Assembly (NCBI GenBank): GCA_048885525.1
Contig: JBHLLP010000009.1
Span: 57,233 to 101,388, forward strand
From: Candidatus Hermodarchaeota archaeon
Lineage (GTDB): Archaea; Asgardarchaeota; Lokiarchaeia; Sigyniarchaeales; SOKP01
Direction of reading: 5' to 3'
Length of the DNA: 44,156 nt
Part shown: positions 29,602-38,455 of the stretch, in pieces
How positions within the stretch are numbered: the first letter of the stretch is position 1
How the letters are laid out: every line of letters starts with the position of its first letter
Notes under the pieces: generated by a model
The model's database searches: none
The model's input: the letters and a program-made list of their open reading frames with translations, nothing else
What the model was told of the DNA's origin: nothing
Translations under genes and position numbers: made by a program

Positions 29602-30558
29602 ATGTCGGTTAGGATTAAAACACCAAATCTTGATGAAATCTTTGAAAAATGGAAGCAAAAGGCTGCAAGAACCAATCGAAAAAAAATGGAGAAACAATTT
29701 GGCACCAAAGGAGCAGTTTTTTCTTTAGATGCTATAAGTGCTGCTGAATATGTTAAGGATACAATGAAAGAAGCTGCAATATATTTTGCTGTTAAAAAAT
29801 CACTTGGACCAGCTCCAAAAGGGAAAGAAGAAAACTTAGTTACAGCTCCAAGAGTAGGAAGAGAACAATATTATTCCTTTAAGGGTGCAAGTAAAATAAA
29901 TAAGGAGAATTGGAAAGGTGATGAAAAAGTGCCTCATTTTGAGTCAATTCAAGTTGTTCCTTGTAAAAATTGCAAAGGAAAAGGATATCTCGAAGATAAA
30001 TGTAAAACCTGCAAAGGAACGGGAAAAATTGAAGAAACTTTTACGATTTTAGTTGGAGAAGAACAATCTAAAGAAAAAAAGCCCTTTTCTTATCCGTGCG
30101 GTGCATGTTATGGAACTGGAAACAGATCGGAACCATGTAAAGAGTGTGGGGGACATAAAAACATGTATAAATATGAAATTCTTCCAGTTCCTTTTCAAAC
30201 GGTAGTAACTGGAATCCCAATTTTACATAGCAGTGCACAAACAAAATATGAAAAACAAATTGGAGAAGATCTTCATAAAATGATTGAAGATGTTGAAGGA
30301 ATAAGATTTAGTGATTTTAAAGAGTTAGAATCCAAAGCAGAAGCTTCATTAGGATATATGAATAAAAATATAAGTAAGACTATTGGAGCAGCGAGAAGTG
30401 ATTATAAAAAGCAAGAAAAGGATAAAGATGCTCAAATCACTACCCAAATCTATTTGTTTCCAATGATTCAGATGTTTTGCGAGACAAAAAAAGGCACTAA
30501 ATTTGAACTGTATAGTCTAGGCTCAGGAAATAAATTTATGACTTATTCTAATTTTTAA
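29602..30558 (+). CDS. DnaJ-type zinc-finger protein without J domain (SSUH2-like architecture)
   Basis: CKNCKGKG, CKTCKGTG, CGACYGTG, CKECGGHK; no HPD motif; ATG at 29602 preferred. Confidence 0.75.
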   Translation: MSVRIKTPNLDEIFEKWKQKAARTNRKKMEKQFGTKGAVFSLDAISAAEYVKDTMKEAAIYFAVKKSLGPAPKGKEENLVTAPRVGREQYYSFKGASKINKENWKGDEKVPHFESIQVVPCKNCKGKGYLEDKCKTCKGTGKIEETFTILVGEEQSKEKKPFSYPCGACYGTGNRSEPCKECGGHKNMYKYEILPVPFQTVVTGIPILHSSAQTKYEKQIGEDLHKMIEDVEGIRFSDFKELESKAEASLGYMNKNISKTIGAARSDYKKQEKDKDAQITTQIYLFPMIQMFCETKKGTKFELYSLGSGNKFMTYSNF

Positions 30559-30664
30559 TTAATTTTTTTTAAACTAAAGGTAAAATTCAATTTTTTAATA
30601 TCTAATTATATTTTCTCTTAATTTTGCCATAAATCTAAACATTTAAATATAAGAAGAGATAAAC

Positions 30665-30698
30665 ATAAGTTGAAACTTATATATAAGTTCAAACTTAC
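30665..30698. promoter_or_regulatory. Tandem palindromic operator ATAAGTT-N2-AACTTA(T/C) x2, 18-bp period
   Basis: ATAAGTTGAAACTTAT (30665-30680) and ATAAGTTCAAACTTAC (30683-30698), 20 bp upstream of the ECF S gene, with TTATATAT at their junction. Confidence 0.75.
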
Positions 30699-30718
30699 AT
30701 AAATAAAGTGAAATATAT

Positions 30719-31342
30719 ATGAATCAAGAAAATAACCTTGTAAAGAAAAAACAGTATTCAAAAGTAGGAGCCTTTTATGGATATCTTCTACCAGATAATT
30801 CTATAATTATAGCAATAATTGCTGTATTTACAGCTTTGACGTGTTTATTAACTTTTATTGTACCTTTGACAATTCCAGCTACAGGAGGTTATATTAATCT
30901 TGGAGATATTGGAGTTATGATTTCTGGTATTTTATTTGGACCAATAATAGGTGGTATTGCAGGAGGGCTTGGTTCTGCACTTACAGATATTTTTTTAGCA
31001 CCTCTATATGTATTTCCTACCTTAATAATAAAAGGATTAGAAGGATTTATTGTGGGATTAATTGCTAATCCAAAGAAAAACTATTCAAAATTTAATTATA
31101 GAGATATAATTGCAGTTATATCAGGAGGTTTAATAATGGTTTTTGGATACTTTATAACAGAGATAATCCTTTATGGTTTTCCAGCGGCATTATTCGAGTT
31201 TTTCTTTAATAGTGCTATTCAATTCGGTTTTGGAGTTGTAGCTGCGATTTTGTTTGCCATTTTTGCTCGAAGAAATATTGTGGCTAATTTACCTCAAGTT
31301 TTTGATAAAGTCTTTTTTGAAACGGAAACAAGAAACAAATAA
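30719..31342 (+). CDS. ECF transporter S component (HmpT/PdxU2-like)
   Basis: IPATGGYINLGD, LFGP..G.IAGGLGSALTD, TLIIKGLEG, MVFGYF. Confidence 0.85.
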   Translation: MNQENNLVKKKQYSKVGAFYGYLLPDNSIIIAIIAVFTALTCLLTFIVPLTIPATGGYINLGDIGVMISGILFGPIIGGIAGGLGSALTDIFLAPLYVFPTLIIKGLEGFIVGLIANPKKNYSKFNYRDIIAVISGGLIMVFGYFITEIILYGFPAALFEFFFNSAIQFGFGVVAAILFAIFARRNIVANLPQVFDKVFFETETRNK

Positions 31343-31353
31343 TAGGTAACAAC

Positions 31354-32790
31354 TCAAAGTAGTGTAATTAATACATCTAAAGCGTCTAAAACTCTTTTAC
31401 CACTATCAGTTATAAAGTATAAAACACTCTTTCCCTCTTTTTTTCTATATATTAACCCTCTTGTTTCCAATTCTTTTAAATGCTGATAAATTGCTGCTAA
31501 ACTAATAGTCCCAATAATTTCTTGAATTTTAGTTCCACTTATTCCTTTAATACTGGATAATGAAATTTGAGATAAAACTTTCAGTTTTGTAATTATTATT
31601 GATCCTTTTCCAGTTGTTTTAGTTTGAGACGATATTGCTTCTAAAACATAAGGTGCTTTTAATCCACTTCCAGTAATTATGCAAACAATCTTATCATCAA
31701 CTCCAAAAAGACTTTTTTGATTTAATAATTGAATTGCAGCCACAGTTAAAGCAGAAGCGGGTTCAGCAAAAATTCCTTCATATCTAATTAGTTTATCAAT
31801 TGAATTCAAAATATTATCTTCTGGTATTCTTATAACTGTACCTTTACTTTCTCTTATACATCTAATAGCTAAATTTTTATATATTGGGTTCTTTACTAAA
31901 ATTCCCAGAGCAAGTGATTTTTGGATTTCTTGGTCCTTTTCTGCGACATCTTGATTTTTAAAAAAATCATCTACAATAGGAGATAAGATTTGAGATTGTA
32001 CTCCTACTAATTTTGGAAGATGCTTTATAACGTTAGCCTCTCGAAGCTCCTGAAATCCTTTCCATAAACTTACTAATAACTCTCCACTTCCCATTGGGAT
32101 TAAAATCCAATTTGGGTCTTTTACTTGTTTGATTATCTCATAAGCAATAGTCTTTTGGGCTTCAAGAGTAAGTGGATTTAAATCAGGAGTACCTTGATAG
32201 AAATCTTTAATGTTTTCTCGTTTTAAAACATCTTCAATAGCTTCATCTACAGTTTCTCCAATTAGTTCTAATTCAGAGTTATATGCGATCATTTGAGCTT
32301 TTTTACCGACATCAATTATTTTTGGAATGATATTCAAACAATCCATACCCTCAACAGATGTATAGGCTGCTAATGAGGCACCTTGATTCCCATTCGATGC
32401 ACATATTATTTTTTTAAAATCCCAACTTCTCGCATGGGAAGTTAATAACGCAGCAGCACGATCTTTGAAAGAATTTGTAGGGTTAAGAGTCTCATCTTTG
32501 AAAAATAAGTATTTTAATCCTAATTTTTCTCCAAATTTTTTTGAACTTCTACATGGGCTCCCTCCCTCTCCTAAAGAAATAATAAAGTCATGCTGTATTT
32601 GAGGAAAAGCAAAATTATAATCCCAAAATTTACCATCTTCTTTAACTTTAGAGAAATCCTCTTTCAGGTTACCTAAATCAAGTTTAAACCACAATAATCC
32701 TTCACAATCGGGACATTTATGTTTAATAGAAGTAAATTCAAACTGTTTTGTACAATCAATACAAGTTAGGATAAGTGGTCTTTTAATAAT
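31354..32790 (-). CDS. Threonine-synthase-like PLP protein with N-terminal zinc ribbon and C-terminal winged HTH; probable ATT start
   Basis: LGEG, NPTNSFKDR (PLP Lys), EPASA, ITGSGLK; C-terminal ISLAAIYQHLKELETRGLI..LYFITDSG. The upstream frame adds CIDC..CPDC and starts at ATT, 6 nt after GAGGT. Confidence 0.85.
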   Translation of the reverse strand: MIKRPLILTCIDCTKQFEFTSIKHKCPDCEGLLWFKLDLGNLKEDFSKVKEDGKFWDYNFAFPQIQHDFIISLGEGGSPCRSSKKFGEKLGLKYLFFKDETLNPTNSFKDRAAALLTSHARSWDFKKIICASNGNQGASLAAYTSVEGMDCLNIIPKIIDVGKKAQMIAYNSELELIGETVDEAIEDVLKRENIKDFYQGTPDLNPLTLEAQKTIAYEIIKQVKDPNWILIPMGSGELLVSLWKGFQELREANVIKHLPKLVGVQSQILSPIVDDFFKNQDVAEKDQEIQKSLALGILVKNPIYKNLAIRCIRESKGTVIRIPEDNILNSIDKLIRYEGIFAEPASALTVAAIQLLNQKSLFGVDDKIVCIITGSGLKAPYVLEAISSQTKTTGKGSIIITKLKVLSQISLSSIKGISGTKIQEIIGTISLAAIYQHLKELETRGLIYRKKEGKSVLYFITDSGKRVLDALDVLITLL

Positions 32791-32936
32791 GAAATAACCT
32801 CTAAAATAGAAAATACTTTAAAATTAATCATTAATTGATTTTTCTAATTATTAAGTTCTCTTAAAAAGATTTAATCTTTTTGGAGAGAATTGATTGATCA
32901 TAAATCTTAAATATTTTTCTATAATTTTATTTATAT

Positions 32937-32958
32937 AATTTACGATACTTCGTAATTT
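32937..32958. promoter_or_regulatory. Putative DtxR-family operator AATTTACGA-TACT-TCGTAATTT downstream of TATA box TTTATATA (32930-32937)
   Basis: TTACGA-N4-TCGTAA inverted repeat between the TATA box and SD of the ZIP-DtxR operon. Confidence 0.6.
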
Positions 32959-32983
32959 TTTAAGAAAAGAAAAAAGGTGAAAA

Positions 32984-33748
32984 ATTACTATTTTATTATG
33001 GATAATATTATTCGCAACTTTAGGAAGTGTTGGTGCCATATTTACTGCTTCAGGATTCATTCTTTTTAAAGAAAATATACAAAAAGTTATTGTTTCTGCT
33101 TTAATTTCATTTGCAACAGGGACATTGCTAACTGCTTCGTTTTTAGGGTTAATTCCTGAAGCTATCGAGAGTTCAGCGGGTGAACCTCATTTCATCATGT
33201 ATATTGTATTAGGAGGTATTTTATTTTTCTTTTTCTTGGAAAAATTTTTAATTTGGCGGAATTGTCAAAATAACAGTTGCGAAGTTCACAGTCATGCTTC
33301 AGCATCAATAATTCTTGTGGGAGATGCATTTCATAATTTTACAGATGGAATTCTTATTGCAACTGCTTTTATTACAGATTTTAATATTGGTATTGCAGTC
33401 GGTATTACAATAATAATTCATGAGATACCTCAGGAAACAGGGGATTTTGGTATACTTATTCATGGTGGAATGCTGAAAAAAAAGGCATTTATATTAAATT
33501 TAATATCCAGCATATCTACAATACCTGCTGCTATTATAAGTTATTATATTATTGGCATTTTTGACTTTCTTATTCCAATATTTTTAGCAATCTCATCAGC
33601 TAGTTTTATTTATATAGCATTATCGGATTTAACACCAAGATTACATGAAAAGACAGGGACAAGAGAAATCATAAAACAATTGATTTTAGTAATGTTTGGC
33701 ATTATTATTATGGGTCTTATATTAATACTTGGAGGACATGAACATTAA
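32984..33748 (+). CDS. ZIP-family (ZupT-like) metal transporter; N-terminus extends upstream of the TTG at 33125
   Basis: GDAFHNFTDG, HEIPQETGDF. The upstream frame encodes TM1-2 (ITILLWIILFATLGSVGAIF...LISFATGTLL). Confidence 0.88.
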   Translation: MTILLWIILFATLGSVGAIFTASGFILFKENIQKVIVSALISFATGTLLTASFLGLIPEAIESSAGEPHFIMYIVLGGILFFFFLEKFLIWRNCQNNSCEVHSHASASIILVGDAFHNFTDGILIATAFITDFNIGIAVGITIIIHEIPQETGDFGILIHGGMLKKKAFILNLISSISTIPAAIISYYIIGIFDFLIPIFLAISSASFIYIALSDLTPRLHEKTGTREIIKQLILVMFGIIIMGLILILGGHEH

Positions 33749-33778
33749 CCAATAAATAAAAACTGAGAGGCTTATAAA

Positions 33779-34195
33779 ATGCTAGATTTAGATTGTCTTG
33801 TTATAAAATTTTTATTTAAATCACAAAACTCTTTGAAAATAGGTGCACTAAAAAAAAGTTTAAAAATACCACATTCAACTCTAGGTAGTTGTATTAAAAG
33901 ACTTGAACAACGTAATTTTGTTAATTATGAACCATATCATGAAGTAAATTTGACAAAAAATGGTATTGAATTGGCAAAGGAATTGAATCGACATAGCAGA
34001 CTTCTCGAAGTTCTATTACATAAGGGGTTAGGACTCGATCCGAGTAAAGCTCATGATGAAAGTGAAAAATTTAGCCTACTTTTTTCATGTGAAACAATAA
34101 ATAAAATCTGTGAAAAATATAATCATCCAGAAGAATGCCCATGTGGTGAAAAAATTTTAAACAGTTCAGCGTGTTTCTGTGAAAAAGAGATTTAG
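33779..34195 (+). CDS. DtxR/MntR-family metal-dependent regulator
   Basis: IKRLEQRNFVNYEPYHEVNLTKNG..A..L.RHSRLLE.LL, AHDESE, HPEECPCG. Confidence 0.9.
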   Translation: MLDLDCLVIKFLFKSQNSLKIGALKKSLKIPHSTLGSCIKRLEQRNFVNYEPYHEVNLTKNGIELAKELNRHSRLLEVLLHKGLGLDPSKAHDESEKFSLLFSCETINKICEKYNHPEECPCGEKILNSSACFCEKEI

Positions 34196-34200
34196 AACAG

Positions 34201-34686
34201 TTACTTAATAATTTCATTAGAAGCATAAGCAGTTAGAATCTTACCATAAAAGAAATGATGACTACTTAAATCTGATTTACTAGTATGAATTATTTGACAC
34301 TCATAACTTAAAATACTATCTTTTATTGTGGGTACTTTTGTTCTTTTTCCCGGAAAGGTTTCCAAACCTGCTTTTTTGAATTTATCAGTATTCCTACCTG
34401 AATAAAAACCGGCAATATTTATTGACTCCCAATTATTTTCTGAGGGAATATTTACAGTAAATTCATTCACTCCTTCAGTTAATAGTTGATAAGTATATCG
34501 ACTATAATCAACTTGTGCTCTAATAACAGGCTGACCATCGAATTCTTCAATCTTCTTCCAATCTAAAGCCATCACATTCGGCTTTCCATTTTTGTCCATC
34601 GATACCATTAGTGCTGTATTTCTCTTAAAATACTCAATATATTCATATGGTTCAATTTCTTTTCTATTAAAGACCATTTTTTTCAA
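34201..34686 (-). CDS. Flavin reductase-like (DIM6/NTAB) protein
   Basis: GKPNVM, RYT, EFTVNIP, SGRNTDKF, VPTI, YEC, HHFFYGKI. Confidence 0.88.
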   Translation of the reverse strand: MKKMVFNRKEIEPYEYIEYFKRNTALMVSMDKNGKPNVMALDWKKIEEFDGQPVIRAQVDYSRYTYQLLTEGVNEFTVNIPSENNWESINIAGFYSGRNTDKFKKAGLETFPGKRTKVPTIKDSILSYECQIIHTSKSDLSSHHFFYGKILTAYASNEIIK

Positions 34687-34716
34687 TTAAATACGTTTAT
34701 TTTTCTTATATAAAAT

Positions 34717-34938
34717 TTAATCATAGTCATCATCATTATTATCATCTTCATCCTCATCATCTTCATCCTCATCGTTATAATCTTCCTCATCGTTATATAC
34801 GTCTATAGTCTCATACTCTTCAGCATCACGATAACATTTTTTACAATAAGGTCTTCCACCTACATAAATCGCTTTATCTTGGAGTATTTCTTTCTCACAA
34901 TTTTCACAATAAACATAGTCTTCATTATTTGAATTCAT
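34717..34938 (-). CDS. Small zinc-finger (half-LIM-like) protein with acidic tail
   Basis: CENC-x17-YCKKCY followed by a D/E-rich tail. Confidence 0.7.
   Translation of the reverse strand: MNSNNEDYVYCENCEKEILQDKAIYVGGRPYCKKCYRDAEEYETIDVYNDEEDYNDEDEDDEDEDDNNDDDYD
34741..34797. repeat. Short tandem duplications in the acidic tail (ATCATCTTCATCCTC x2; TCCTCATCGTTATA x2)
   Basis: Direct repeats at 34741-55/34756-70 and 34766-79/34784-97. Confidence 0.8.
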
Positions 34939-35014
34939 TTTTTTTAAGGAATATTTTATTAAGCAATATAAAAGAATAAGAAAAAAAAGATTTAAGGGTT
35001 TTTTGATTCAAAAT

Positions 35015-36052
35015 TTAAATTAGATATGAATTAGCTTCTTTTAGCTTTTGTTCTGCACCTTTAACTATATCATCAATGATATCCTGGACACTTTCTATCG
35101 AATTAATCATGCCTATACTTTGACCTAGAAGAACTGCGCCATCAGCGATATTTCCATCATAAGTCATTTCATAAAATTTCTGATCTTCTAAAGCCATTGC
35201 GGGAGTTATCTGTGCTTCTAATGCCAATTTTTCTTCCTTGCTTGAAATAACCCCATGATGTAAAGAATAATTATTTTTCCATAGTCTTATTGGGCCTAAT
35301 ACGCCCGTTACATATATAGTATCACTTGCATTCGCAGGTGGTATAATGTTTTTATATTTCTCGTGAAATTCACTTTCTTTTGAAGCAATAAATCTTGAAC
35401 CCATTGCAATTGCTCCCGCTCCTATTGCTAATGCTGAAGCTAAACCCTCTCCACTTGCAAATCCTCCACATGCTACAATAGGTAAATCAGGATATTTTCG
35501 TATAACTTGTTGAAGAAGCACTAGTGTGCTAATTTTTTCATAGGATTGATGTCCTCCACCTTCATATCCAGTTAATACAACACCATCAGCTCCAGCGTCA
35601 ATACACTTTTCAGCAAGCCATAATGCGGGAGAAACATGAAAATGTTTAATATTAGAACCACTTTCTCTTAATCTTTGAAATGATTTCGCTTTTTGTAAGA
35701 TCTTGGCTGACCCTGCACTTGTTACTGCGTACATGCATTGTTCTTTTAATTTTGGATTCTCCATAATAAATCTTGAAATCCCTCGACAGAGTCCTGGAGC
35801 ATCTAACTGTAATCTTGACGTTCTTACATTTAAACCAAATGGCTTATCAGTATGTTCAATCACAAACTCCATATCATTCTTCATTTCTTCTAAACTACTC
35901 TTCCCGAACAGATTGGTATGACTTAAAACTCCCAATCCACCTGCTTCGGAAACCGCAACAGTTAATTCCTTAGTGTAAAATGGTCCCATTGGTGCTGCTA
36001 TAATTGGATGCTTAATTCCAAGCATTTCAGTTATTTTTGTTTTTAAACCCAT
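35015..36052 (-). CDS. Nitronate monooxygenase / FabK-like flavoprotein
   Basis: LGIKHPIIAAPM, AVSEAGGLG, TDKPFGLN, GYEGGGH, ACGG, GAGAIAMGSRF, GQSIGMI. Confidence 0.9.
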   Translation of the reverse strand: MGLKTKITEMLGIKHPIIAAPMGPFYTKELTVAVSEAGGLGVLSHTNLFGKSSLEEMKNDMEFVIEHTDKPFGLNVRTSRLQLDAPGLCRGISRFIMENPKLKEQCMYAVTSAGSAKILQKAKSFQRLRESGSNIKHFHVSPALWLAEKCIDAGADGVVLTGYEGGGHQSYEKISTLVLLQQVIRKYPDLPIVACGGFASGEGLASALAIGAGAIAMGSRFIASKESEFHEKYKNIIPPANASDTIYVTGVLGPIRLWKNNYSLHHGVISSKEEKLALEAQITPAMALEDQKFYEMTYDGNIADGAVLLGQSIGMINSIESVQDIIDDIVKGAEQKLKEANSYLI

Positions 36053-36361
36053 TTTCTTATACCACTTTCAATTCAATTTATTATTCTATAATAATATAAT
36101 ATTGATAATGAGAAATAAGAAGAAAATATAAATTTTTTATAACGTTAAAAATGATTACTTAGAAACTCTTCTCTTTAAAGAAATATTGTCTTATTTAAAA
36201 ATGAAAAATTGTGTCTATGAAGTTATTAAAGTTATTTTCTAAATATATTTAAATATAAATGTCTTTTTTGTTTTTATAAAAAAATAATTCTAAATTGATA
36301 TACATACACCAGTAAATTTTCAATAAAAAGAATTTAAACTTTTTTCTAGGCGATTTCTGAG

Positions 36362-37354
36362 TTGGAGGGATCCGTTAATTTAAAATTAGTTGTTCTCGGA
36401 GAAGCATCAGTAGGGAAAACCTCAATTATAAATGCATATTTAGGGAAAGAAATTTCTGAACGATATTTGCCTACAATTGGCAATAAAACAGCAAAAAAAC
36501 AATATTTAATAAAAGAGAAGGATAAAGTTTTAAACATTACACTTTGGGATGCGGGAGGTCAAAGGTCATTCAACCCCTTTAATCCAGCAATGTATGAGGA
36601 TACTGATGGAGCTCTTTTAGTTTTCGACTTGACAAAACCCAAAGAAACATTTTTAAATTTAAAAAAAACATTTTTAGAAAATTTGAATCGCTATTCTGAA
36701 GAAGTTGTGGTACTTTTTATTGGAAATAAATTAGATTTAGTATCTAGCAGTAATAAGCTTAATTCTACATTAAAGGAATTATTAGCAAAAAGAGATCATG
36801 TATATCTAATTTCTGCCAAAACTAGTGAAGGTGTTAATGAGGGCTTCGAATTATTGATTTATACAATTTTAAAAAAAGCAGAGCTATTGAAACCTGATGA
36901 GGTTCCTAGCAATATTTCATCAACTTTTCTAAATTTAATTAGTAAAAACAAAGAACAATTAAAAAACAAACTGATCAATTTATCAAACGTTGATTCCGTC
37001 TTAAAAGAAGTAAAAATTAAGCCAAAGATTAAAGAGGAAAGCGTTGTTGAGAAAAAAGTCAAAGAACTGAAATATTATGATTTTTTACGACAAGAATTAG
37101 ATAAAAATGAAAAACAAAAAAAGGAAATTACAGATCAATTTCTAATTAATATCTCTGAACTTGACAAAACAATAAACCATTTACAAAAATCATCTGGGAA
37201 ATCAGTTACAGATTTAATCAATAACTTAAATACTCTTTTCATAACCGCTAAGAAAGATTTTGAAGTAAATGCAGATTTATTATTAAAATTAAATCGAGAG
37301 GAGTTTGAATTGGTAAAAATAATATCTAAAGTTAAAGAAAATCAATCTAAATAA
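36362..37354 (+). CDS. Rab-like small GTPase with C-terminal coiled-coil extension
   Basis: G1 GEASVGKTS, G2 YLPTIG, G3 WDAGGQ, G4 NKLD, G5 SAK; about 160-aa helical tail. Confidence 0.9.
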   Translation: MEGSVNLKLVVLGEASVGKTSIINAYLGKEISERYLPTIGNKTAKKQYLIKEKDKVLNITLWDAGGQRSFNPFNPAMYEDTDGALLVFDLTKPKETFLNLKKTFLENLNRYSEEVVVLFIGNKLDLVSSSNKLNSTLKELLAKRDHVYLISAKTSEGVNEGFELLIYTILKKAELLKPDEVPSNISSTFLNLISKNKEQLKNKLINLSNVDSVLKEVKIKPKIKEESVVEKKVKELKYYDFLRQELDKNEKQKKEITDQFLINISELDKTINHLQKSSGKSVTDLINNLNTLFITAKKDFEVNADLLLKLNREEFELVKIISKVKENQSK

Positions 37355-37400
37355 CATTAGATGTGCTTATAAGATAGAGATATATTAATTATTTGAAAAA

Positions 37401-38384
37401 GTGATGAATAATATGTCAGAAGAGATTAATATTAAGAATTATCAGAAATTAAAGGAGCAAGTTGATAAAATTTATGATAAATTGAATGAGCAAACTAAGA
37501 AAATTCCACAAAAAGCAACTGATCAAGTCAATGATCTAGAAAAAAAATTATCAGATCAATTGAATAATTTAAACCGAATTCTAAATGATAAAACTGATAA
37601 CTTAGAAAAGAAATTTAATGAACAAGATAAATCAATCGAACAAAAATTAAATGATTATATAAATAATATAGAAAAGAAGTTAACTGAACAGATTAATAAT
37701 TTAGCACAAAAAGCGAAGGATCAATTCATACAATTAGATGAGAAAGTAATTAGACAAGTAAATATAACTGATAAAAAACTGGATGATTTAACTAGTATAT
37801 TTGAAGAAGATTTAAAAGATAATTATAATATCCTTGATAAAAAAATAGAAGAAAATTTTAAAACACTTAATTTAACTATAAAACAAAACTTCAATACAAT
37901 CGATCAGAAATTAAATAACGATGTAAAATTTTTCGAAAATGAGATAAAATCTTTAAAAGATGGTATAAAAGCCATGAATCAAGATTTTTCAAATAAATTG
38001 GTTGCTATTAACGAGGAATTTGCCACTAAAGAAGATATTCTTAGAGATATGTTTAAAAAATTCAATGAAGAAAATATAGAATATCAAAATAATCTTAAAT
38101 CAATATTAGAGAATTTGAGAAGTGAACAAGATTTAGTCAAAATCACTATTGATGTCCTCAAAAAACAAATTTATGAAAGTGCAAAAGAATGGATTAATGA
38201 AGGAATAAAACTAGCATGTAAAAACAAAGAAAAAGAAATCCTCATGAATTTATGGATTGAAGAAATGAAAAATATTATTGATAATTTAGAGAAATTAAAA
38301 GAATTGCATCCTAAAGAATTAAAACTTCATATTAATGAAATTTCAAGTACTATAGAATCTTTTAAAAAGAAATTTATAAAATAA
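37401..38384 (+). CDS. 11-residue-repeat (hendecad) helical protein
   Basis: About 15 consecutive 11-mers (QVNDLEKKLSD, QLNNLNRILND, KTDNLEKKFNE...). The start may be the ATG at 37413. Confidence 0.8.
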   Translation: MMNNMSEEINIKNYQKLKEQVDKIYDKLNEQTKKIPQKATDQVNDLEKKLSDQLNNLNRILNDKTDNLEKKFNEQDKSIEQKLNDYINNIEKKLTEQINNLAQKAKDQFIQLDEKVIRQVNITDKKLDDLTSIFEEDLKDNYNILDKKIEENFKTLNLTIKQNFNTIDQKLNNDVKFFENEIKSLKDGIKAMNQDFSNKLVAINEEFATKEDILRDMFKKFNEENIEYQNNLKSILENLRSEQDLVKITIDVLKKQIYESAKEWINEGIKLACKNKEKEILMNLWIEEMKNIIDNLEKLKELHPKELKLHINEISSTIESFKKKFIK

Positions 38385-38455
38385 TTTATTTTCAAGTAAA
38401 TTTTTTTTAGAGAAAGATCTTTTTTTAAAATAATTTAATTAGATAAAAAATTCTA

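Noticed and set aside
3897-37354. Complete CaaX/Rab prenylation pathway (ICMT + prenyltransferase + Rab)
   Set aside because: The genes are far apart, the prenyltransferase-like protein looks extracellular and lacks the Zn motif, and the Rab has no C-terminal Cys
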